Source: Leptonemataceae bacterium (GTDB lineage Bacteria; Spirochaetota; Leptospiria; Leptospirales; Leptonemataceae). From it: a stretch of 64,000 nucleotides of DNA. The DNA is taken from assembly GCA_965227295.1 (NCBI GenBank), contig OZ245742.1, positions 4,224,001 through 4,288,000 on the forward strand. The letters run 5' to 3'. The stretch's first letter is position 1. Each line of letters starts with the position of its first letter. This document shows, piece by piece, positions 49,304 to 57,667 of this stretch. Below the pieces are notes generated by a model that saw only the letters and a list, made by a program, of their open reading frames with translations, did no database searches and had not been told where the DNA came from. A program made the position numbers and the translations under genes.

Positions 49304-49351
49304 AGGACAAGTCTGTCCTCCCACGGTTTCAGAAAAGGACAGATCTGTCCT
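49304..49351. promoter_or_regulatory. Two palindromic operators, likely bound by the TetR protein
   Basis: AGGACAAGTCTGTCCT (49304) and perfect palindrome AGGACAGATCTGTCCT (49336), between divergent genes. Confidence 0.75.
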
Positions 49352-49395
49352 CTATTTTTTGTAGCCGCGGCTTCCCCCCGCCGAAAAATATGATT

Positions 49396-50010
49396 ATGGC
49401 ACGGAGCTACCGAGACCCGGACGGCGAGGACGAGCTGCACGCCCTGTCCGCGGCCCGCGCGGCCCCGGGTCCCGGCGAACGCATCCTGGCGACGGCCCGG
49501 GCCCTTTTCTACGAACAGGGCTACGCTCAGACCGGCATCAACGAGGTCATCGATCGTTCCCAGGCTTCGAAGACGAGTTTCTACGCCCACTTTCCGGGCA
49601 AAACAAAACTCGGCGAGGCATATCTCCTGGAAGAAGATCGGCGGCGCGAACGTTTCTTCGCGGAACTCAAGGATCGCAACTACCGCGCCTTCGTTCGCGC
49701 CTGGGTCCTGGCATTGAAAGAGGACGCGCGCTCCGGCAATTTCTTCGGCTGCGCCTTCGCCGATACCCGGGCGCAAAGCTCCGGCGAATTCGATGCACTC
49801 CTGCAAGAAGCGATGGAGAGCTGGCGATCCGACCTGGCGGCCTATCTTACGAAATGCGATCTGCAACTTTCCCGGGCGGCGGCACGCAAACACAGCGCGC
49901 TCATGCTGATGCAGTACGAAGGGGCCGTGCACATGTGGCGGCTCAGCGGTGATGGGAAGTACTTCGATTACTTCGAAGAGTTGCTTCTGCGTCTGGGCGC
50001 GAGTTCATAA
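49396..50010 (+). CDS. TetR-family regulator
   Basis: RILATARALFYEQGY..TGINEV..KTSFYAHFPGK; FFGCAF. Confidence 0.92.
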   Translation: MARSYRDPDGEDELHALSAARAAPGPGERILATARALFYEQGYAQTGINEVIDRSQASKTSFYAHFPGKTKLGEAYLLEEDRRRERFFAELKDRNYRAFVRAWVLALKEDARSGNFFGCAFADTRAQSSGEFDALLQEAMESWRSDLAAYLTKCDLQLSRAAARKHSALMLMQYEGAVHMWRLSGDGKYFDYFEELLLRLGASS

Positions 50011-50943
50011 GAGATCGCGGATTTTTTTTAGCGCGCGTTCGCCGGCGCGTTTGCCCATTTCGAAAGTCTCGCGCACGCCCTGCGCGTTGGAATAGTCCCA
50101 GACGTCGATGGGCAGATCGCGCTCCGGACAGATGTAGACGATGTCCCGGCCGGCGTCGTCGCCGGTACGCTCGTAGAAGTGTCGGGTCATGTGCGCGTCG
50201 TCATAGTAGACGCCGACGATGAGATCCTCTCGCGGGAGCAGAGAGATGGGCAGGTTGTTGGTGATCCCGCCGTCCAGGTAATAGTTACCGTCGTCCAATT
50301 TTTGAAAGCGCACCAGCGGCGGCACGGAGCTGGCGGCGAGCACCACGTCTTCGACATGCCGCGGCGTGGTAAGATGATCTTTGGAAAACACGGTTTCTTC
50401 GAGGCCTTCTTCTTCGGCGAGCGGTCGCATGCACGGCCGATAGATGCCCTGCGCGGCCAGTTGCAATTCTCGCCGATACGCACGGATGACGCGTGTGACC
50501 AGCCGATAGCGCTGCAGGCGCCGCTCGGGCGGATACAATTCCGGCGGGACACGCAGGGCGTTCACGGCGAGTTCGATTTTCGAAGCGCGCACGCGATCAA
50601 AGTCGGTGTAACCGGCGACGGCGCTGCGGTACATGCGCTCGTGGGGCCAGGGGCGTTTGCCCAGGATGAGCCGGCTCCAATAAAAATTCGAACGATTGCG
50701 GAGCGTAATGGCGCAGAAGTAGCGCACGACTTCCTCGGCCGTGCCGCTGATGAGCGCCATGGCCATGGCTGATCCGGCCGAAGTACCGCTGATGCGACGA
50801 ACCGGCAGGCCGGCGCGCAGAAGGACCTGGCCGACGCCGAGGGCGAAGAAGGCCTTGCAGCCGCCGCCCGCAAGAGCCAGGCTCACCCGGCGGCCGAAGA
50901 ACGCGCTGTAGAGACGCCGGCCGATGCTTCGCAGTCGCTGCAT
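50005..50943 (-). CDS. Patatin-like phospholipase
   Basis: LAGGGCK, GTSAG, YLDGG; start 50943 (GAGG RBS) or 50997. Confidence 0.9.
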   Translation of the reverse strand: MQRLRSIGRRLYSAFFGRRVSLALAGGGCKAFFALGVGQVLLRAGLPVRRISGTSAGSAMAMALISGTAEEVVRYFCAITLRNRSNFYWSRLILGKRPWPHERMYRSAVAGYTDFDRVRASKIELAVNALRVPPELYPPERRLQRYRLVTRVIRAYRRELQLAAQGIYRPCMRPLAEEEGLEETVFSKDHLTTPRHVEDVVLAASSVPPLVRFQKLDDGNYYLDGGITNNLPISLLPREDLIVGVYYDDAHMTRHFYERTGDDAGRDIVYICPERDLPIDVWDYSNAQGVRETFEMGKRAGERALKKIRDLL

Positions 50944-50949
50944 ACCTCG

Positions 50950-51537
50950 TTGTGGATTCGGCGACGCGGGAGGGCAATCGTTTTGCGCTTTTTGCATTGC
51001 AGGCCCCGGCCCGATGACTTATGTTCGAAGAAAGACGCTCCGGATTCGGGCGCGCGTCTCATCTTACTATTTCGTACTGTGGCCCAACTTGACCAACATC
51101 CCTCGCTTTTGGTTCCCGAGCATCGTCGCATTCGCCGCCGCCTGCTCGTGCTGGCTTTGCTCGGTCTCGCCTGGTCCCTGGGCGTGTTTCTGTTCAGCCT
51201 GCATCCGCCGGGTTTTGTGAAGCCGTTCACCGGGCCGCACTTTCACGCGGGAATCATCTACAGCTGGTACGGTTGCCTGTTGAATTGCAATGTGATCGTA
51301 AGCATTACGCTCTCGCACTTTCTGGCGAGCCGCGGCTGGCTGCGCACCGCGGCCTGTGTGTCGATGGTACCGGGACCGGGATTGTTGTTCAGCCTGCCGC
51401 AGATGATTCCGGCGTGGTGGATCTACCGCCGCCTCGGCGATCCGGTGTGGTTGCATTTTTTTGAATGGCGTCACCGCGCAAATCCGGTGAATGATTTGAC
51501 GGAGCGCAGGGACGGGAAATTGTTGCATTATCAGTGA
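50950..51537 (+). CDS. Hypothetical membrane protein; start uncertain
   Basis: Three hydrophobic segments in the 3' part; 5' part does not look coding. Confidence 0.4.
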   Translation: MWIRRRGRAIVLRFLHCRPRPDDLCSKKDAPDSGARLILLFRTVAQLDQHPSLLVPEHRRIRRRLLVLALLGLAWSLGVFLFSLHPPGFVKPFTGPHFHAGIIYSWYGCLLNCNVIVSITLSHFLASRGWLRTAACVSMVPGPGLLFSLPQMIPAWWIYRRLGDPVWLHFFEWRHRANPVNDLTERRDGKLLHYQ

Positions 51538-51555
51538 GTCGCCCCGGCGACACAC

Positions 51556-51629
51556 GGGGTAGTAGCTCAGTTGGTTAGAGTGCCGGTCTGTCACACCGGA
51601 GGTCGCGGGTTCAAGTCCCGTCTACCCCG
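51556..51629 (+). tRNA. tRNA-Asp (GTC); CCA not encoded
   Basis: GGGGTAG/CTACCCC acceptor stem, CCGGT-CTGTCAC-ACCGG anticodon arm, GGTTCAAGTCC T loop. Confidence 0.96.
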
Positions 51630-51717
51630 CAGCCATTGCTGAGTTCCCTTCTCGCCTGCCGAATTCTCTTTCGTTCTGCAAACTTCGTGAAGTTCCCAGA
51701 GACGGATCCATCACTCA

Positions 51718-51861
51718 ATGAAGATCGAGCTCGGCCCGCGAGCCATGGAACAATTTCGGAACCGCGCCAGTTTGATGGAATGCATCCCCGCCATGGAAGA
51801 TGCGGATGATTGGATTTTCGTGGATGATGCGGCAGACGAGATTGTGCTGAAGTTGTTGTAG
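51718..51861 (+). pseudogene. Short ORF or 3' remnant of a hypothetical gene
   Basis: MKIELGPRAMEQF..CIPAMEDADDWIFVDDAADEIVLKLL; protein-like composition, no RBS. Confidence 0.3.
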
Positions 51862-52050
51862 GTCTGGAAGCGTCGATATGAACCTCATCCGCCACGGCAT
51901 TTACGCATGCATCGTCACCGGTGTTTCCGTCCTGGCGACGTGGCTGCTGGGTTGCCGGTTGCGCTGATCCTCGCCCTGGCCTTTCGTTGCACAGCGGCTT
52001 TACGTTCTTGTTTTGCCGGTGTGTGGATTCGATCGACGATGCGGTCGTTT

Positions 52051-52102
52051 GAACATGCCGTAGCAAAGAAAGGCGATCGTAAGGCTACAGACCGGCGGCA
52101 GC
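52051..52102 (-). repeat. 52-bp internal fragment of the araC gene
   Basis: Near-identical to 56642-56693. Confidence 0.85.
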
Positions 52103-52269
52103 GTGGGTTACGTGGGTGTTCCGCACGGTGTCTCGTCTAACGGTTGGGATCTTTTCTTTACGCACGTTCAGGCAAGGTCTTTGATCTCGTGCTTCCGCTG
52201 GATCGTGTGGCCGAAGGTTATAAAGCCATGGACGAGCGCACGGCCATCAAGGCGTTTCTTAAGCCGTGA
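52103..52269 (+). pseudogene. 3' remnant of a zinc-dependent alcohol dehydrogenase
   Basis: VGYVGVPHGV..LFFTHV, then frameshifted VFDLVLPLDRVAEGYKAMDERTAIKAFLKP. Confidence 0.65.
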
Positions 52270-52293
52270 GGCTCAATCGTTGAGTGCGCGTAC

Positions 52294-52806
52294 TTAAGCG
52301 GTCGCAAGCAATTCCAGCGCATCGCGAACCGATCGCGCATACACCGGCGCACTCGCATCCGCCTCCTCGCCCGCGATCGTCGGCACCGTCGTCGCCACGA
52401 CCCGCGCGTCCATGACACGCAGCAAGTACGCAAGGGATGTGAGGGATTTCACGCCGCGATCGCGATTGCCGTAAGCGTTGGTCAACACCACCGGCCGATG
52501 GTGGAACTCCGCCGACGACACGATCCAGTCCAGGGCGTTCTTCAACACGCCTGGAATCGAATGCGCGTACTCCGGACACGCGATGATCACACCGTCCGCC
52601 TCACGGATGGCCGCGCGCCAGGCGCGCACGGTTGCCGGAGCCTCGTCGCCGTCTTGATCGAGGTCGGGCGTGTAGTACGGTAAGTCGGCCAGGCCGTCGA
52701 AGAGGTGCAGCTCGAAGCGCGGGCGCGTGAGCCAGGTGAGCGTGCGCAGCATGGCGGTGTTCGTAGATGCACGGCGGATGCTTCCGGATACGGCGAGGAT
52801 TTTCAT
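52294..52806 (-). CDS. NADPH-dependent FMN reductase
   Basis: MKILAVSGSIRRASTN, CPEYAHSIPGVLKNALDW. Confidence 0.92.
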   Translation of the reverse strand: MKILAVSGSIRRASTNTAMLRTLTWLTRPRFELHLFDGLADLPYYTPDLDQDGDEAPATVRAWRAAIREADGVIIACPEYAHSIPGVLKNALDWIVSSAEFHHRPVVLTNAYGNRDRGVKSLTSLAYLLRVMDARVVATTVPTIAGEEADASAPVYARSVRDALELLATA

Positions 52807-52928
52807 TGGCATGGTGTGCGGGAACGAGATGCTGTTGTCAACGGGATTGCGAGTCGTTGGCGCGATGATCATCTACAGGAAGTTTATCAGCTACATATTC
52901 TCAGGATCCCGGGTTATTCTAACTGAGT

Positions 52929-53300
52929 ATGAAGCTACGACTACGAAATCTTGCGGCGGCAATCGGAGCCTTAAATGTCATCACCGCGATCTACATTGTC
53001 TCAACAAACTATTCACAGGAGTTTATCCCGGACCCCGCTCCGATCATTCTTGACATGCATACACTGTACGCCCTTGAAAGCCAGGGCCGCGTCGATACGA
53101 TTGTTGAAGAGTTTTCTTTATCCACTCAATCTGAGATCGTACTACGGAGTCGGAAGAAATTGGGAAAGCCAGTTGTCTTGAGTTGTACGATGCAGCAGCA
53201 GGCCAGGCAGACGCCAAAAGGTCGACACATAGAAATCATCTGTTTTGTAAAACGCAACAGCGTTCCATACAAAGAACGATACCTTGCAACGGCTCTGTGA
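52929..53300 (+). CDS. Low-GC hypothetical protein with N-terminal TM; possible orphan immunity protein
   Basis: 123 aa, AT-rich, ATG 2 bp after an upstream stop. Confidence 0.5.
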   Translation: MKLRLRNLAAAIGALNVITAIYIVSTNYSQEFIPDPAPIILDMHTLYALESQGRVDTIVEEFSLSTQSEIVLRSRKKLGKPVVLSCTMQQQARQTPKGRHIEIICFVKRNSVPYKERYLATAL

Positions 53301-53401
53301 TCCGACAAACGAGAGGGGCAGTATTCGTTTATTATAGATCAACTATCCCCTGGTTCATGGAGCGATTGATCTGTTACCCACATCCTGACCCAAATCCAGA
53401 G

Positions 53402-53613
53402 TCAGGAAATTGGCTTCTGACCGGTGTACCGAAACTCACTCGGACTCACCCCCGCAATCCGCGCAAACTCCGCATTAAACGACGACTTACTTGCAAAGCC
53501 CACGGCCCCCGCGATCGACAGCACCGTGCGATCCGGCTCCTCCACTAACATACGCTGAGCAGCCTTTACCCGAAAGCCGTTCACGAAGTTCTTAAACGAA
53601 ACGTCCAGCCGGC
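53402..53613 (-). pseudogene. Duplicated 3' end of the araC gene (HTH only)
   Basis: 53429-53613 matches 56135-56319 at 181/185 by eye; different last residues. Confidence 0.9.
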
Positions 53614-53621
53614 GGCCCTGC

Positions 53622-54905
53622 ACCTACAAGGACGTCAACATCCCGTATCCGTCCATGTTCTTCGGCCTGGAACACGTGCCGGAAGACTCAAGCACCGACT
53701 CGATCAACAACATCTACTTAAACGGAGTGCGCGTCGCCGCTATGGCGGAGAACGGCGCACTGGCCTACTACCTCACGGATCAGGTGGACTCGGTCTCCCA
53801 CGTCCTGGACGACCAGGCCGAGACCCTCACGCGCATTCAATACAAACCCTACGGCGAGACCTTCGTGCACGAGGGCGATCAGGATTTCGCTCCGAAGTAC
53901 AATTCCCAGGAACTGGATTCGGAGAGTAAGTTGTACTACTTCAACGCCCGGCATTATGATCCGCAGGTGGCGAGGTTTGCGAGTGCGGATAAAGTCGTGC
54001 CCGGCGCGATGAATACACAGTCGTGGAACCGGTTCAGTTATGTGCTGGGGAACCCGATCAAGTTTAAAGATCCGACCGGGCATGCACCGTGTGCGGCAGG
54101 AATCATGGATTCGTGTGGTGGGCTTTCCAACTCGCCGTTGGTTGCACCGCGGCCGGGGGATGCGAATTTTGTTGGACCTACGCGACCGGGTGGTGGAGGA
54201 TCAGCAGTATCGGAGGCGCCGAAATCTAGCCGGCAAACGAATATACCAGAGAGCGTTAAGAACGAAATTACAGCAAAGCAGGATCAATTATTAAATCAAA
54301 TTGGTCCGAAACAAGACGCGAGTACCCCCGGGTTTGATCCCGAAACCATCAGTCCGCTAAAAAGAGCTGTTGACACCGTTAATATGGGGCTGAGGTACAC
54401 ACCTATAAAAGGCCGTGTTGCAGTTGGAGTTGAGCTAGAAGCCGAAGCGGCCCTGCTAACAGTTGGCGGCAAGGGTACTTTGCAATATGTATATTTTGGT
54501 AAATACGGTGGCAACCCTGATGCGACAGAAGCATTCTATGGGGGACTTGATGGAGGCAGCGTGCATACGCTTTCCGAGGGAGAGAATCTAATGTTTGGCC
54601 TCATGGCCGGAGGCCAGCTTAATATAAATATTATTTTCGGCAGCGGTGGCCATGCATATTTCGCGGGGCGCTCGACTCAACTAGATGTTGACGTTAAGGC
54701 GTATGCCTTCGGCTTGAGTCATTCAAAAACGGGATCCGAAAACGGCTGGACACATTCACCCGTTTGGAATCAGCCCGGGTATATTTCAGTCGATCAAGGT
54801 ATCGGCCCAGGGCTGGGCATAGCGCTAGGGTACCATGAGACGATTCCACTTGCCACAAAAGGGTACGATAACCAGTGGCGCTTAGGTTCCGGTAAAGGCT
54901 TATGA
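53622..54905 (+). CDS. Orphan (5'-truncated) Rhs core with C-terminal toxin domain
   Basis: YYLTDQVDSV, YKPYGE, LYYFNARHYDP, NRFSYVLGNPIKFKDPTGH; GC falls after DPTG; first ATG at 53655. Confidence 0.9.
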   Translation, partial: TYKDVNIPYPSMFFGLEHVPEDSSTDSINNIYLNGVRVAAMAENGALAYYLTDQVDSVSHVLDDQAETLTRIQYKPYGETFVHEGDQDFAPKYNSQELDSESKLYYFNARHYDPQVARFASADKVVPGAMNTQSWNRFSYVLGNPIKFKDPTGHAPCAAGIMDSCGGLSNSPLVAPRPGDANFVGPTRPGGGGSAVSEAPKSSRQTNIPESVKNEITAKQDQLLNQIGPKQDASTPGFDPETISPLKRAVDTVNMGLRYTPIKGRVAVGVELEAEAALLTVGGKGTLQYVYFGKYGGNPDATEAFYGGLDGGSVHTLSEGENLMFGLMAGGQLNINIIFGSGGHAYFAGRSTQLDVDVKAYAFGLSHSKTGSENGWTHSPVWNQPGYISVDQGIGPGLGIALGYHETIPLATKGYDNQWRLGSGKGL

Positions 54906-55492
54906 CACTCCAGCAAGCAGGCAGATTCTTCGGGGTCTCAATTCTTGTCCTTGTCGCTCTTCTCACGGTTTGGATTTTTAGAAGATGGGAACTCCACGCC
55001 CCCGATCGAGAATTATATGAACTACTCCTTCATGACGTAGAACTCTGGAACACTTGGCGAAAAAAGAATCCTGATATCGATCCGAATTTTTCAGGGCTTG
55101 TATTTGCCTCTGTCGACATCGCAAACGCAGACTTACGTGGAGCCAGATTTTGGGACGCCACCATTACAGATTCCAATTTCAACGACACGAACCTCACGGA
55201 TACTCAGTTCGATGGAGCTTCCATCCAGAGTACGTCGTTCAGACGAGCAGTTGGTGTTCAAGCATCTTTCTACGGAAGCACACTTACGGATGTATCATTC
55301 GAATCGGCAAACCTATCCTTGTCAACTTTCTGGAGGGCAAATCTGCTTAAAGTTGATTTCACAAGCGCACTATTGTACAGGTCGAGCTTTGTCTACATTC
55401 CACAACTCCACGTAATATTCAACGAGACGCGCTGCGCCGGAATCGTGTTTCGACCTGCAAGGCCGCCGAACTTGTCCTGTATAGATGAGTAA
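54902..55492 (+). CDS. Membrane-anchored pentapeptide-repeat protein, candidate immunity 1
   Basis: ATGA overlap with the Rhs stop; TM; WNTWRKKNP..PNFSG; A(D/N)LxG repeats. Confidence 0.85.
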   Translation: MTLQQAGRFFGVSILVLVALLTVWIFRRWELHAPDRELYELLLHDVELWNTWRKKNPDIDPNFSGLVFASVDIANADLRGARFWDATITDSNFNDTNLTDTQFDGASIQSTSFRRAVGVQASFYGSTLTDVSFESANLSLSTFWRANLLKVDFTSALLYRSSFVYIPQLHVIFNETRCAGIVFRPARPPNLSCIDE

Positions 55493-56108
55493 TTTCTTGA
55501 AACACAAAAATGATATGAACTTAAAAAAATATATGGTATCTGCGTTGCTCTTAATGCTCTGCTTATCTCTGGCAAGTGTCACATTCGGATACCGACAGTG
55601 GCTACTCTCATATCCCGACACACAGCTAAAATCGATCCTTGAGAGAGATGTTGACACATGGAATGAATGGCGCGCAAAAAATCGTAGCAAGGCACCAAAT
55701 TTCTCCGGATTGAGCTTTGCAAATGTAGATCTAAGCGGCGCAAATCTCAAGAACGTAATTTTCATAAAGAGCAAATTCCAAAACGTTAACATGAACAAAA
55801 CCGTCTTGGACGGAGCAGTCTTCGTTCAGGCCCGATTTGAAGACACTCAAATGCGCAATGTGCGCGCAATTGGAACTTCGTTCGTTGACACTCGTCTAGA
55901 GAATGTTTCCTTTGCCGGAGCCGAACTCTTACTTTCAGACTTCATGAGCGCGCACCTTATTAGTGTTGATTTTCAGGACGCACGGCTGATATCGAGTTCG
56001 TTCATGCATGCCGATCTTATACGAGTCGTGACCAAGAATACTATATGCAGCAAGATTCGTTTCTCCTCAAATCGACCCAGTAATTTCACCTGTATCGACG
56101 ACCTTTGA
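55485..56108 (+). CDS. Membrane-anchored pentapeptide-repeat protein, candidate immunity 2 (paralogue)
   Basis: Overlaps the previous gene; WNEWRAKN..PNFSG; shared C-terminal C..I.F...RP.N..CID. Confidence 0.85.
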   Translation: MSNFLKHKNDMNLKKYMVSALLLMLCLSLASVTFGYRQWLLSYPDTQLKSILERDVDTWNEWRAKNRSKAPNFSGLSFANVDLSGANLKNVIFIKSKFQNVNMNKTVLDGAVFVQARFEDTQMRNVRAIGTSFVDTRLENVSFAGAELLLSDFMSAHLISVDFQDARLISSSFMHADLIRVVTKNTICSKIRFSSNRPSNFTCIDDL

Positions 56109-56125
56109 AGAAAAAACGATACCCC

Positions 56126-57217
56126 TCACCCCCGCCGAAACTCACTCGGACTCACCCCCGCAATCCGCGCAAACTCCGCATTAAACGACGACTTACTCGC
56201 AAAGCCCACGGCCCCCGCGATCGACAGCACCGTGCGATCCGGCTCCTCCACTAACATACGCTGAGCAGCCTTTACCCGAAAGCCGTTCACGAAGTTCTTA
56301 AACGACACATCCAACCGGCTGTTCAGAATCTCCGAGAGCTGGTGCGACGAAATGTCCAGGGCCTCCGCAAGCCGGCCGAGGCTGAGGTCCTCGTCGGCGT
56401 ACAGATGCTCGAACTCCATCAATTCGTGCAACCGCCGAATCAACGCGTCGGTGTCGAGGCCGGCCAGACGCGTGCGTTCGTAGCGGGCCCGGGCGGCCTC
56501 GCGTTGCATGAGGTTCAGGTAGCGCGGGTAACGTTGGCCGGCCCAAAAAACCAGCACCGGAAAAAGCGACAGGGCGATGAAACCGAGCATCAACAGAGAT
56601 CTGCTGCGTTCCACTTGATTGATGGTCAGGCACGTGATGATGAACATGCCGTAGCAAAGAAAGGCGATCGTAAGGCGATAGACCGGCGGCAGCCCGCCCG
56701 CGGCCGAGCGATCCCTTAAAATCACATAAAAGTCGCTTAGCGTCAGCACGAGAAAAACGCCGATGTACGCAAGAATTGAAACGAAGATCGCGTCGAGGTA
56801 CCGCGGCAGCGGGCCCCGGCCGTAAGAAAGCGCCTGCAGGTCTTCGAAGTTCGCAAACTGAAACGCAAACAACGCAGTCGATGCCGCAAAGAACGGCACG
56901 AAATACCAGAGATGTGCGCGGCGCCAGGTGAAGTCCGGCTCGATGATCTGATGGAAGTAGTGATAGCCCGCCGGACCGATAAACACATACAGGGCCACGT
57001 GCATAAAGGCGACGCGCGGGTACGCATGAAAGACACCGACGCTTTCGGCGGCAAGACTGAGCTGCGGAATCGCCAGCAGTACGAAGAGCGACCCCAGAAG
57101 CACGTTACCGGAATTGCGTTCCCGCGCCAGGAACTGTGCCGTGCCCAGGACAATCGCCACGGCCGCCCCGGCCAACTGCACGGCGGTAAACAGGTCGACG
57201 CCGGTCCAACGAATCAC
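56126..57217 (-). CDS. AraC-family regulator with N-terminal multi-TM sensor
   Basis: About 7 TMs; LYADEDLSL..HQLSEILN..VGFASKSSFN. Confidence 0.92.
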   Translation of the reverse strand: MIRWTGVDLFTAVQLAGAAVAIVLGTAQFLARERNSGNVLLGSLFVLLAIPQLSLAAESVGVFHAYPRVAFMHVALYVFIGPAGYHYFHQIIEPDFTWRRAHLWYFVPFFAASTALFAFQFANFEDLQALSYGRGPLPRYLDAIFVSILAYIGVFLVLTLSDFYVILRDRSAAGGLPPVYRLTIAFLCYGMFIITCLTINQVERSRSLLMLGFIALSLFPVLVFWAGQRYPRYLNLMQREAARARYERTRLAGLDTDALIRRLHELMEFEHLYADEDLSLGRLAEALDISSHQLSEILNSRLDVSFKNFVNGFRVKAAQRMLVEEPDRTVLSIAGAVGFASKSSFNAEFARIAGVSPSEFRRG

Positions 57218-57267
57218 ACCCGGAGCGTGGCCTGCGGACCACGGCTGTCAACGCCGATATTGAAACC

Positions 57268-57654
57268 ATGACGCCCGTCCATCAGACCAACTTCACCGCC
57301 TCTCGCGGCAACGCCCTCCAGGCCTGCGTGGCATCGATCTTCGACACAAGCCTCGCCGACGTACCGAATTTCATTGAAGCGCCGGACTACGCGGCCGCCA
57401 TCAACGCCTGGCTGGAATCGCGCGGCCTCGCGTTTCTGAAGGTGGCCCTAACTTCTGGAAAGTTACAGTTTGCGGTCGACCATGCACTCTGCATCCTGGC
57501 CGGACCGTCGCCGCGCGGCAGTCACAAACATGCCGTGGTCGCGCGAACCCGCGGCATGGATTTCGAACTCGCGCACGACCCGCATCCGGACGGCACCGGC
57601 CTGGCCGGCCCGGCGAACTGGGCGGGTTTTTTCGTGATGCGCGAGCCGGAGTGA
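57268..57654 (+). CDS. Hypothetical protein resembling small phage-type C39-like proteins
   Basis: PVHQT..GNALQACVAS..VPNF..GPSPRG..HAVV..HDPHP. Confidence 0.65.
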   Translation: MTPVHQTNFTASRGNALQACVASIFDTSLADVPNFIEAPDYAAAINAWLESRGLAFLKVALTSGKLQFAVDHALCILAGPSPRGSHKHAVVARTRGMDFELAHDPHPDGTGLAGPANWAGFFVMREPE

Positions 57655-57667
57655 TGTCGGGCCTGAC

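Noticed and set aside
51629..56130. attL/attR duplication of the tRNA-Asp 3' end
   Set aside because: No second copy of the tRNA end seen by eye and no integrase nearby.
53429..56319. DGR template/variable repeat pair
   Set aside because: Only about 4 silent mismatches and no reverse transcriptase in the window.
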